From positions 1-36,578 of the forward strand of contig JANNXQ010000071.1 in the NCBI GenBank assembly GCA_031409655.1: a DNA stretch of 36,578 nt. The letters are read 5' to 3'. Numbering within the stretch: position 1 is the stretch's first letter; each line of letters opens with the position of its first letter. Below are positions 7,587 through 16,421 of the stretch, in pieces. A model generated the notes under the pieces. It was not told the DNA's origin. It was given only the letters and a program-made list of their open reading frames with translations, and searched no databases. The DNA comes from Chthoniobacteraceae bacterium. Lineage in GTDB: Bacteria; Verrucomicrobiota; Verrucomicrobiia; Chthoniobacterales; Chthoniobacteraceae. Made by a program: the position numbers and the translations under genes.

Positions 7587-9938
7587 TCACTTCGCCTTCA
7601 GGACTTGTACTGCGTCGAGGTGGACGTTGCCTTGCGCGCCTTCCGTGCGGAAGACAACGGCGGATTTCTCCCCTGCTTTGAAGTCAAAGACCCCGAGCGA
7701 GTGCGCGCCTTTCCCGCCGTTCGCGGGCTTGCTCTGATTCACGGTGAAGGCCTGCTCACCCGCGGCGGTCTGCACGATGACAGCTGCGGACTTCGCGCGA
7801 TTTTCGTGCGGCTGAAAGTAGATGCGCACTTCGTATTTGCCGGCGTCCTTGATCGTGAAAGGGAACCGCGCACTCGCACCAGCGGCGCTGCCAAAGCTGT
7901 AGTGCTTTCCGATGAAGGGCTTCAGGCCTTCGCCACTCGACCATTTGCCGGTCAGTTCCGCTTCCGCGTCGTCGATCACGATGCCTTCCAGTTTCTTCGG
8001 GTCGATGATCGTGGAGATCGGCTCCGGAAGCTTCTTCGCATCGCCCGGCAGATACAGTGGTCCGTCACGCGAATCCCGACGCATCGCACCGGGTTGGCGC
8101 ATCAGATCCTTGAGCACGTCGAGATAGTTTTCGTACACCCCGCGCGGGCTGGTCTGATGATTCACGCAGATCCACGCGGCCTTGCCCACCACCTCGCCCA
8201 TCATCCCGCAGGTGCGCATCACGCGCGTGCTGCCGAGCGAATGGCGATCCACGCTGATGGTGCGGCCGGCCATGAAGAGATTCGCGATGTCGCGGGAGTA
8301 AAAGCAGCGATACGGCACGGGATAGCCGTTCTGCCGGTCGGCGTGCGCGCCATGTTCCGCGCGGCTGATGAAGGGGTTCTCCGGATACTTCTTCATAAAC
8401 TGCTGCTTCGGATAGTGCAGATCCTGGCTCCACGTCGTCGGCACGCAGCCATCGGGATGGATGATGCCTTTCACCATGTCTTCGCCATTGAGGATGAAAT
8501 CGCCGATGATCCGCCGGCTCTCGCGCGGGCCGCCGATGTAGGCCAGCCAGCTCAGCGCGTGATTGCCAAAGTTCTCCGGCTCGAGCTTCTTCATCGCGCT
8601 CACCGCGCCGAAGACCGCGCGGAAATTCCAGTCGCGGATTTTTTCGAGGTCATTGATCGGGTGCTGATCAAAGCCGCTCTCCCAAAACCATTCGCCGTGC
8701 AGATAGTCCTGCGGATTCTCCGTGGGCGTGAAGCCGAGATCGTAGCCCGTCTGTTGCGACGCGTTCTTCTTGCCGACGTCCGCGAGCGGCCGCGGGATGG
8801 GGAAATCGTCCATGTCGAGTTGCAGCGCCCACGGCGTCTCGGGCCACGACTGCGCCTCGGCGTGCTTCTTCATCACCCACATGTTGCTCATGCCCATGAT
8901 GCCCTTTTCCTCCATCATGAATTCCGCGCCCGCCAGCGCGCCCACCGTCCCGTGCCCGGTGCAATCCACGAACAGCTTGCCCACGAAGCGCCGCTCCTGA
9001 TGCGTGCGCGTATCCATGCCGGTGACGCTGCGGATCGCTGGCCGCTCGCCGGCCTTTTTCATCTCCACGCGGTGGACGTGAGTGTTCAGGAAAAGGTCGA
9101 TGTTCTTCTCCGCGCGGACCGCGGCTTCCTTGAGCTTGTCATTGAATTCATCGCCACTCGCCGCCGGGCTGTTGCTCGCGCGATCGGCGAATTCCTCCAC
9201 GATGTCGCCGAGATGCGGATAGAGCCCGCGCCGCGTAAAGCCCTGCGCCCACACCTGGATCTCGCTCGAGCCATTGCCGCCGAGCACGGGCCGATTGTGA
9301 ATGAAGGCGACCTTCAAGCCCTGGCGCGCGCCGCTGATCGCCGCGCCCATGCCCGAGTAGCCGCCGCCCACGACCACGAGATCGTACTCCGCGGTCTCCG
9401 GCGCGGCGTCGGGAAGATTCAGCAGCTTGCGCCGCAGGACATTTGTCCCCGCGATGTCGGCGGGCGGGGTGAAGCTGAGATCGCTGGTGATGAGGATCGT
9501 ATCGCAGCGCCCGGCGAAGCCCGTGAGATCGCGCAGCGCGAGTTTCACCTTGCTGGCCTTGAGTTCCACGGTGCCCGCGTCGTCCCACTGCCAGTCCTTG
9601 CCTTTCGCGCCGCATTCATTGGGCAGCGCCGCTCCATCGATGCTCACCTGGAAACGTCCCGGCGCACCCGGCGCATCCCAAGGCCCCACCCAATTCTTGC
9701 ACCGCACCCACACGCGATGTTTGCCCTCTTTCGCGATGGTGACCTCCGTGACCGCATCGGCCACCGGTTTCCCAAGCCCATGGGCCAGGAGATACGGCGA
9801 ACCCATCACTTCGATGAATTGCGTATCAAGCACCCAGCCGCCGCGATTCGCAAAGCTCTCGGCTTCGACGAGAAGTTGATCGGCGGCAAGGGCGCGCACG
9901 GCGAGCGCGCAGACGAGAGAGGTGAGGAGGGTCTTCAT
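7587..9938 (-). CDS. Secreted FAD-dependent oxidoreductase (FAD_oxidored family) with a C-terminal xanthan-lyase/golvesin-like beta domain
   Basis: Signal peptide MKTLLTSLVCALAVRALA; YDLVVVGGGYSG, LGGNGSSE, FVDCTGHG, RESRRIIG, NLFMAGR, RVMRTC motifs; C-terminal IVIDD...DAVQ domain. Confidence 0.9.
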   Translation of the reverse strand: MKTLLTSLVCALAVRALAADQLLVEAESFANRGGWVLDTQFIEVMGSPYLLAHGLGKPVADAVTEVTIAKEGKHRVWVRCKNWVGPWDAPGAPGRFQVSIDGAALPNECGAKGKDWQWDDAGTVELKASKVKLALRDLTGFAGRCDTILITSDLSFTPPADIAGTNVLRRKLLNLPDAAPETAEYDLVVVGGGYSGMGAAISGARQGLKVAFIHNRPVLGGNGSSEIQVWAQGFTRRGLYPHLGDIVEEFADRASNSPAASGDEFNDKLKEAAVRAEKNIDLFLNTHVHRVEMKKAGERPAIRSVTGMDTRTHQERRFVGKLFVDCTGHGTVGALAGAEFMMEEKGIMGMSNMWVMKKHAEAQSWPETPWALQLDMDDFPIPRPLADVGKKNASQQTGYDLGFTPTENPQDYLHGEWFWESGFDQHPINDLEKIRDWNFRAVFGAVSAMKKLEPENFGNHALSWLAYIGGPRESRRIIGDFILNGEDMVKGIIHPDGCVPTTWSQDLHYPKQQFMKKYPENPFISRAEHGAHADRQNGYPVPYRCFYSRDIANLFMAGRTISVDRHSLGSTRVMRTCGMMGEVVGKAAWICVNHQTSPRGVYENYLDVLKDLMRQPGAMRRDSRDGPLYLPGDAKKLPEPISTIIDPKKLEGIVIDDAEAELTGKWSSGEGLKPFIGKHYSFGSAAGASARFPFTIKDAGKYEVRIYFQPHENRAKSAAVIVQTAAGEQAFTVNQSKPANGGKGAHSLGVFDFKAGEKSAVVFRTEGAQGNVHLDAVQVLKAK

Positions 9939-10061
9939 GAATGAGCGGCGAATATGAGGAGTGGAGTGCCTGCGCGCAAGTCGCACGCTGTGACATTGGC
10001 GATCAGCGCAAATGCTGGCGGGCGATTTTCGGAAGGGGCAAGGCTCGGGGACGAATCTGAG

Positions 10062-10598
10062 TCACTCGGAAGCGTGTTCGGATCGCCAGATCGCCGCCTT
10101 CGCGTCCATCTCGCTGATGAAGTCGTCCTTCCCATCGGTGTAGCGTGAAATGTCGGCGGGATAGATCGCCGCCAGTCGGAGCTTCAGCGCTTCGTACGCT
10201 TTTGCGCAGTCCGGGTGCGCATTCATGAAGTCCCTGAAGGCGAGATGCCGTTCGATCTGTAGTGAGCCGACCGCGAAGGCGTGAATTTGATGCGTGCGAT
10301 TGCCGGAACGGTCGTTCTTTCGAAAGTAACGCCGACCCTCGACGCCAAACTCACCGAGCGTTTCGTACCCGATCGCCTCAAGCCGCTTCGCGCGAGCGTC
10401 GAGCAGGTGGACATCACGGACCACCGCCAGCATATCGATGATCGGTTTCGCGTGGATCCTCGGGATGGCCGTGCTCCCGATGTGGTGGATCGCGACGAGG
10501 TGATCGTCGAGCGCCTCTTCAAGGGACGAGGACTCGCGCCCAAATTCTTCCGCCCATTCCGGGTGATGTGGAACGAGGTGAACGCGCTGAGTTCCCAT
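10062..10598 (-). CDS. GrpB family (UPF0157) nucleotidyltransferase-fold protein
   Basis: HIGSTAIP, AKPIIDM, RTHQIH, FRDFM, YEALK, YTDGK motifs. Confidence 0.9.
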   Translation of the reverse strand: MGTQRVHLVPHHPEWAEEFGRESSSLEEALDDHLVAIHHIGSTAIPRIHAKPIIDMLAVVRDVHLLDARAKRLEAIGYETLGEFGVEGRRYFRKNDRSGNRTHQIHAFAVGSLQIERHLAFRDFMNAHPDCAKAYEALKLRLAAIYPADISRYTDGKDDFISEMDAKAAIWRSEHASE

Positions 10599-10644
10599 TT
10601 TTGCGGCGAGCGGTGGGTGCCGATCGGGGTGAACTGGCGAGATC

Positions 10645-11064
10645 CTACTTCTCGACCGGCTTCCCGGCGCTCTGCCAGCCCTTGAAGCCCTGCTGCAAAT
10701 GCAGCACCGACTTCAGCCCTTCCTTCTCCAGCGTCGGCAGCGACCGACCGCTCCGCCCGCCGCCGGCGCAGTGGACGATGTAGGTCTTCGACTTATCCAG
10801 CGCCGCGATCTTCTGCGCGAAGTCGTCGCCCATAAAATCGATATTCACCGCCCCCGCGATGTGCCCGGCGGCGAATTCCTCTGGCGTGCGGATATCGAGC
10901 ACCGTCGCCTTTTTCTCCGCGACCAGTTTCGCGACCTCGTCGGGCGTGACCTCGGTGCCCGCCGCGGCCGGAATGGGCCCCGGTGCGACCGGTTTCTTTT
11001 CTTCGGCGAAAGCTGGGGCGATGAGGAATGCGGCCGCGCAAACAAAAGACGTGAGCATTTTCAT
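10645..11064 (-). CDS. Exported rhodanese-like domain protein
   Basis: Signal peptide, LDIRTPEEFAAGHIAGAVNI, active-site HCAGGGRS, LQQGFKGW. Start at ATG 11064. Confidence 0.9.
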   Translation of the reverse strand: MKMLTSFVCAAAFLIAPAFAEEKKPVAPGPIPAAAGTEVTPDEVAKLVAEKKATVLDIRTPEEFAAGHIAGAVNIDFMGDDFAQKIAALDKSKTYIVHCAGGGRSGRSLPTLEKEGLKSVLHLQQGFKGWQSAGKPVEK

Positions 11065-11393
11065 GGAAGACTGAGTGAATCCGATTCCACGATCCTGGCA
11101 AACGGGAATCCGCCTCGGCATCGCGCAGAACGCCGGGATCGCACTGGGCGCTGAACCACAAGACCGTCGCCTTTCGTTCTGATTGCGCAATTGGCTTGAA
11201 TGGCAAGAGTCCATGGTATTAACCATATCGACTATTGCCGATGCGAAAGAACTACGTCCCTGTCGGGGAGTTCTTTCTTCCATGAGCCCAGAAGCCCTCG
11301 AACTCGACTTGCCCGAAGCTGACCGCGTCTTGGGGTCCGTCGGGGGGTTGCGTCGGTGAACGAAAAAATGATTTCCCTTACTCCCGCACTTCC

Positions 11394-12662
11394 GTGACCT
11401 CGCCCGCGGCACCTACACCGCGTCCGCGAGTCGCCCACATCACCACGGTCGATATCTCGCTGCGCCTCCTGCTCCAGCGGCAGTTGCAGAGCTTGCAGAC
11501 CGCTGGCTACGAAGTGGTGGGCATCTCGTCGCCCGGCGGGAACGTGCCGGAGATCGAAGCCGCCGGCATCCCGCATCTCGCGCTGCCGATGAGCCGCAAC
11601 TTCACGCCGCTCGCCGATATCCGTTCCCTCCTCAGCCTCATCTCGCTGCTCCGCCGCGAGGGTTTCACGGTCGTCCATACCCACACCCCGAAGGCCGGGC
11701 TGCTCGGCCAGATCGCCGCGCGGTTGGTCAAAGTGCCGGTCATCGTGAATACCGTCCACGGCTTCTACTTCCACGAGCACATGCCACCGCGCGCCCGGAG
11801 GTTTTACGTCGCGGTGGAAAAAATCGCCGCGTGGTGCTCGGATGCGATCCTCTCGCAGAACGGCGAAGACCTGCAAACCGCCATCCGCGAGCACATCTGC
11901 CCCGCCGAGCGCATCGCACATCTCGGCAATGGTATCGACCTGACGGCTTTCGATCCCGACCGGATCGACCCCGCGACCGAAGCAGCCCTCCGCGCCCGAC
12001 TCCGGCTCCCCGTTGGCACCCCCGTCGTCGGCTTCGTCGGTCGCCTCGCGGGCCGGCGGAAAGGCTTCCTGGACTTCCTCGCTGCCGCGCGCGCGCTCGC
12101 CGAGCGTCTGCCGGCCGCGCGCTTCCTCATCGCCGGCGCGGCCGATAGCGGAAAGCCCGACGCCGTCGAGCCTGCCGTCGCCGCGGACTACGGCATCGCC
12201 GAGCGCTGTATCTTCGTCGGCCACGTGCCCCAGGAAGATCTGCCGCGCTACTACCGGCTCATGGACACCCTCGTTCTGCCGTCGCTCTTCGAGGGCATCC
12301 CGCGCGTCGTCATGGAAGCTTCGGCGATGGGCGTGCCCAGCGTCGTGAGCGACGTCAAAGGCAACCGCGAAGCCGTCGAGCCCGGCCGCAATGGCCTCCT
12401 CGTGCCGCTCGGCGACGTGCCCGCCCTCACTGCCGCGATCCTGCACATCCTGGAGAATCCCGACGTCGCTGCAGGCCTCGCCGTTGGCTGTCGCACCCTC
12501 GCTTTGGAGCGCTTCGATGAGCGCATTGTCTTCCAGCGCGTGCGCGAATGCTACGAAACCCAACTCCGCCGCAAAGGCCTCGCGCACTGGATCCCCAGCC
12601 CGCCACCGCGCCCGGCGGAAACCGCCGAGAGCGGGAAATCCGGCTGCCTGGTGCAGTCGTAG
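11394..12662 (+). CDS. Glycosyltransferase family 4 (CapM-like)
   Basis: VHTHTPKAG, TVHGFYF, GNGID, GFVGRL..RKG, LPSLFEGIPRVVMEA. Confidence 0.92.
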   Translation: MTSPAAPTPRPRVAHITTVDISLRLLLQRQLQSLQTAGYEVVGISSPGGNVPEIEAAGIPHLALPMSRNFTPLADIRSLLSLISLLRREGFTVVHTHTPKAGLLGQIAARLVKVPVIVNTVHGFYFHEHMPPRARRFYVAVEKIAAWCSDAILSQNGEDLQTAIREHICPAERIAHLGNGIDLTAFDPDRIDPATEAALRARLRLPVGTPVVGFVGRLAGRRKGFLDFLAAARALAERLPAARFLIAGAADSGKPDAVEPAVAADYGIAERCIFVGHVPQEDLPRYYRLMDTLVLPSLFEGIPRVVMEASAMGVPSVVSDVKGNREAVEPGRNGLLVPLGDVPALTAAILHILENPDVAAGLAVGCRTLALERFDERIVFQRVRECYETQLRRKGLAHWIPSPPPRPAETAESGKSGCLVQS

Positions 12663-12681
12663 GCTCCGACTCGGACGTTAG

Positions 12682-14826
12682 TTAGTAAGCAGTCCCGGAC
12701 ATTCCCAGAGCGCGCACCAGAAAGGCCCACTCGTCCGCGGTTTCTTCAATGACCTTGCTCAGGGCATTGCCGCCGCCGTGGCCCGCTTTAGTCTCGATGC
12801 GGATGAGCACGGGTGGGCCGTCCTTGGCCTGACACTCCTGAAGGCGGGCGGAGAATTTGAAGCTGTGGGCGGGGACGACGCGGTCGTCGTGATCGGCGGT
12901 GGTGATGAGGGTGGCGGGGTAACGTAGTCCAGGCTGAAGACGGTGGAGCGGCGAGTAAGCGTGGAGGGTCTTAAAACCCTCGGGTTCTTCGCTCGAGCCG
13001 TAGTCGCTCTTCCACGCCCAGCCAATGGTGAATTTGTGGAAACGCAGCATATCCAGGACACCGACTGATGGCAGCGCCGCCCCGAAGAGTTCGGGGCGCT
13101 GGGTCAGGCAAGCGCCCACGAGCAGGCCGCCATTACTACCGCCCGCGATCGCGAGTTTGGCGGGAGTCGTGATCTTCTCGGTGATCAGCCACTGAGCAGC
13201 ACCGATGAAGTCATCGAAGACATTTTGCTTCTTTGCCTTGATGCCATCGAGATGCCACTTGCTCCCGTATTCGCCGCCGCCTCGCAGGTTGGCCATGGCA
13301 TAGACGCCACCCATCTCCATCCAGACGAGATTGGCGATGCTGAAGCTGGGCGTGAGCGCGATGTTAAAGCCGCCGTAGCCATAAAGAAGCGTGGGATTCT
13401 GACCGTCGAGTTTCAGCCCGCGCTTGTGGGTCAGGAACATCGGCACGCGTGTGCCATCCTTACTGCGGTAAAAGATCTGCCGGGTCTCGTAGCCAGCGGG
13501 TTGAAAGTCCACCTTGGGCGCACGGAAAACCATGCTTTCGCCAGTGGTGAGGTCGAGCCGGTAGATACTGCCCGCGGCGGTGAAGCTGGTGAAGGAATAG
13601 AAGGTCTCGGTGTCGGCGCGCTTACCCCCAAAGCCGCCCGCGCTGCCCAAGCCAGGGAGTGCGATCTCCCGCACCAACTTCGCGCGGATCGCCTTGCCAT
13701 CCCACTCCAGGATCTTCACCTGCGAATGGGCGTCCTTCAGGTATTGGCAAATGAACTGCCCATGCACGACGCTCACGCCCTTCAGGGGCTCTTCGGCTTG
13801 CGGGATCACTTCGCGCCAGTTCGCCCGGTGCGGCTTGCGGATGTCGATGGCGATGACGCGGCTGCGCGGCGCTTCGAGATCGGTTTCAAAGAAGAAGACC
13901 GGTCCGTCGTTGTCGATGAAGTCGTAACTGGCATCAAAGTCATTGAGTAACTCGACGACCTTGGCCTGCGGATCAGTGAGGTCCTCGTAGAAGGTGCGGT
14001 TCTTCGGATCGGTGCCTTGGGAGACGTGGATAATGAGAAAGTGACCGTCATCGGTGACGCTGCCATTCAGTCCCCAATCGGCACGATCGCGCCGCTCATA
14101 GACGAGCACGTCGTCGCTCTGCTTGGTGCCGAGCTTGTGGAAGTAGAGCTTTTGAAACTCGTTCTTTCCCGTGAGGTCCGCGCCTGGTTTCGGGGCATCG
14201 AAGCGGCTGTAGTAGAAACCGCTGCCGTCCTTGGCCCATGAAGGCGTGGAGAACTTCACCCATTCGACCACGTCCTCCAGATCGCGACCGGTCTCGACAT
14301 CGCGTACGCGGTTTTCCTCCCAATCCGAGCCGGACCGCTGGAGGCCATAGACGAGCTTCGTGCCATCGTCGCTCGGCACGGAGTCGGTTATGGCCACGGT
14401 GCCGTCGGCGGAGAGTTTGTTCGGATCGAGCAGCGGACGTGGCTTGCCGGTCAGGGAATCGGCGACCAGCAGCACGCGCTGATTCTGGAGCCCGGAGTTA
14501 TACGTGAAAAAGTAACGTCCGCCTTCCCGATACGGCACCCCGAAGCGTTCGTAGTTCCAGAGCTTGGTCAGCCGCTCCCTGATCTTGGCCCGCTCGGGAA
14601 TCGTCTCGAGAAAGCCGAAGGTTACTTTGTTTTGGGACTCCACCCAGGCCTTCGTTTCGGCAGAGTTATCGTCCTCCAGCCAGCGATAGGGATCGGCGAT
14701 CTTCGTCCCGTGGTAATCGTCAATCGTGTCCCCTTTGTGGGTGGGCGGGTATTCGAGCTTTGGTGATTCAGCGGTGGACATGGCGATGGAGACGGCGAAG
14801 ACCGTCAGGAATGGGTAAGGTTTCAC
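12682..14826 (-). CDS. Prolyl oligopeptidase (S9A)
   Basis: DPYRWLED, YGYGGF, NLRGGGEYG, catalytic GGSNGG, DHDDRV, AGHG. GTG start at 14826 overlaps the upstream stop (GTGA). Confidence 0.95.
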   Translation of the reverse strand: MKPYPFLTVFAVSIAMSTAESPKLEYPPTHKGDTIDDYHGTKIADPYRWLEDDNSAETKAWVESQNKVTFGFLETIPERAKIRERLTKLWNYERFGVPYREGGRYFFTYNSGLQNQRVLLVADSLTGKPRPLLDPNKLSADGTVAITDSVPSDDGTKLVYGLQRSGSDWEENRVRDVETGRDLEDVVEWVKFSTPSWAKDGSGFYYSRFDAPKPGADLTGKNEFQKLYFHKLGTKQSDDVLVYERRDRADWGLNGSVTDDGHFLIIHVSQGTDPKNRTFYEDLTDPQAKVVELLNDFDASYDFIDNDGPVFFFETDLEAPRSRVIAIDIRKPHRANWREVIPQAEEPLKGVSVVHGQFICQYLKDAHSQVKILEWDGKAIRAKLVREIALPGLGSAGGFGGKRADTETFYSFTSFTAAGSIYRLDLTTGESMVFRAPKVDFQPAGYETRQIFYRSKDGTRVPMFLTHKRGLKLDGQNPTLLYGYGGFNIALTPSFSIANLVWMEMGGVYAMANLRGGGEYGSKWHLDGIKAKKQNVFDDFIGAAQWLITEKITTPAKLAIAGGSNGGLLVGACLTQRPELFGAALPSVGVLDMLRFHKFTIGWAWKSDYGSSEEPEGFKTLHAYSPLHRLQPGLRYPATLITTADHDDRVVPAHSFKFSARLQECQAKDGPPVLIRIETKAGHGGGNALSKVIEETADEWAFLVRALGMSGTAY

Positions 14827-15854
14827 AGTTTGCGAGCGAGGATGTAACCACGGGCCACGGTGGTGTCTTCGTGCTTGAGCCAATCGAAGCCGATTTCATT
14901 CAAGTAAGTGCGCATTTCGCCGACGGAGTAACATTTCCCTTCGGTAATCTGCATCAGCAGCGCGGAGTATTCGGCGACGTGGAGGGGGCCGGTCTTGGCG
15001 GTATTGATGAAGGCATCGTGGATCAGGAGTAAGCCAGCAGGCGGCAGCGCCGCGTGGGACTTGGCGAGTAACTCGCGGACCGTGGGCTCTTCCCAGTCGT
15101 GGAGGACATTCGAGAGGAGGTGGACATCGTAGCCGGTCGGCCAGGCGTCTTTAAACATATCTCCCGCGACGACGCTCACCTTCTCACTGCACTCCTGTCG
15201 GGCGATGGATTCGCGAGCGATCCGATCCACGGGAGGCTTCTCAAAGACCGCGGCGCGCAGTTGCGGATGCTGCACCGCGAGGGCGCAGGCGTAGATGCCG
15301 GAGCCGCCTGCGACATCGAGCAAGGCGGTGCTCGCGGAAAGGTCCACCTTGCGCGCCAGGGCCGGCCCGAGGAGCACGCCGCGGCAATCCATGGCCGCGG
15401 TGAATTGCGCGGCGAAATCCTCGCGCTCCATGGCCTGCGCCCAAGCTTGCGCGTCATAGCTGCCCCAGTTCGCAGGCTTGCCGGTGCGCAGGACTTTTAG
15501 CATGTCGAGCGTCTGCGGGCGGTCCTTCATCGAGGTGTAGTAGGGCGCGAGATTCCAAGGCGACGTTTTCACGAGATGCTCCCGGGCGCGGGCCGTGACG
15601 TGGAAGCAGCCGCCCGCGGTGGTCACGAGTTTCATCGCGGTGAAGAGCGTCAGCATCACGTCCGCCGGGCGCGGATGAATCCCGAAGTGCGCGCAGATCG
15701 CGCCGAGGGTGGAAGCGTGATCGGAAAGCCAGGTGAAGAAATCGAGATGCGCAATGGCCGCACCGAGCAGATCGACCGACGCGATGGCGTCGCGGTAGCG
15801 GTAAAGATCAGTGGGATCGGTGACGGGGAGGTCGGTGAAGTGGCGGTGGGGCAT
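14823..15854 (-). CDS. SAM-dependent methyltransferase (O-methyltransferase family 2 with dimerisation domain)
   Basis: LLDVAGGSG, AGDMF, SNVLHDW. Start at ATG 15854; the longer ORF only reads through the repeat array. Confidence 0.9.
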   Translation of the reverse strand: MPHRHFTDLPVTDPTDLYRYRDAIASVDLLGAAIAHLDFFTWLSDHASTLGAICAHFGIHPRPADVMLTLFTAMKLVTTAGGCFHVTARAREHLVKTSPWNLAPYYTSMKDRPQTLDMLKVLRTGKPANWGSYDAQAWAQAMEREDFAAQFTAAMDCRGVLLGPALARKVDLSASTALLDVAGGSGIYACALAVQHPQLRAAVFEKPPVDRIARESIARQECSEKVSVVAGDMFKDAWPTGYDVHLLSNVLHDWEEPTVRELLAKSHAALPPAGLLLIHDAFINTAKTGPLHVAEYSALLMQITEGKCYSVGEMRTYLNEIGFDWLKHEDTTVARGYILARKL

Positions 15855-15867
15855 GGGCGGGAAGAAT

Positions 15868-16010
15868 GAACGCCAAACTGCAAACGCCAAACTGCAAACG
15901 CCAAACGACTCCGTCCGGAAGCCGCGTTTCTGCATTTGAAGTTTGAGGTTTGAGGTTTGACGTTTGGAGTTTGGAGTTTGGAGTTTGGAGTTTGGAGTTT
16001 GGAGTGTGGA
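15868..16010. repeat. Inverted heptamer-array element in a divergent intergenic region
   Basis: Six left units (AAACGCC/AAACTGC...AAACGAC, 15868-15909), a 24-nt spacer, then 11 right units including GTTTGGA x6 perfect (15962-16003). Confidence 0.92.
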
Positions 16011-16044
16011 GTTCTTCTGCTTCCGTTCGCAAAGTCCATTCCCA

Positions 16045-16413
16045 ATGAAATCCCTCCTTATCTTCCTTAGCCTCGCCATGCTTGCCGCCTCCACGCTCGC
16101 CGCCGACGGTCCTATCCGCCACGTCGTGCATTTCAAATTCAAAGCCGACGCGGCGAAGGATCAGATCGCGAACGTCGTGAAGGAGTTCGCCGCGTTGAAG
16201 ACGAAGATCACCGCCGTCGAATCGCTCGAATGGGGAACGGATGTGAGCCCCGAAGGACTCGGCCAGGGTTTCACCCACTGCTGGCTGGTGAATTTCAAGA
16301 ACGCCGCGGATCGTGATATTTATCTCAAGCACCCGGATCACACCGCCTTCGTGGCCATCCTCAAGCCAATCCTCGAAGAGGCGCTGGTCGTGGATTTCGT
16401 GCCGCAGAAGTAG
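16045..16413 (+). CDS. Dabb (stress-responsive alpha/beta barrel) protein with signal peptide
   Basis: IRHVVHFKFK, EWGTDVSPE, GFTH, YLKHPDH, LVVDF. Confidence 0.92.
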   Translation: MKSLLIFLSLAMLAASTLAADGPIRHVVHFKFKADAAKDQIANVVKEFAALKTKITAVESLEWGTDVSPEGLGQGFTHCWLVNFKNAADRDIYLKHPDHTAFVAILKPILEEALVVDFVPQK

Positions 16414-16421
16414 GCACGCAC

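Noticed and set aside
124..9944. Long antisense ORFs (124..1269, 2637..4703, 7524..9944 and similar elsewhere)
   Set aside because: Shadow frames of GC-rich genes on the opposite strand, with no recognisable motifs.
9962..9991. tggagtgcctgcgcgcaagtcgcacgctgt as a further REP copy
   Set aside because: Too degenerate, and equally explained as promoter sequence of the FAD oxidoreductase gene.
15868..16010. Heptamer arrays as CRISPR or telomere-like repeats
   Set aside because: No repeat-spacer periodicity with unique 30-40 nt spacers, no cas genes, and an internal location.
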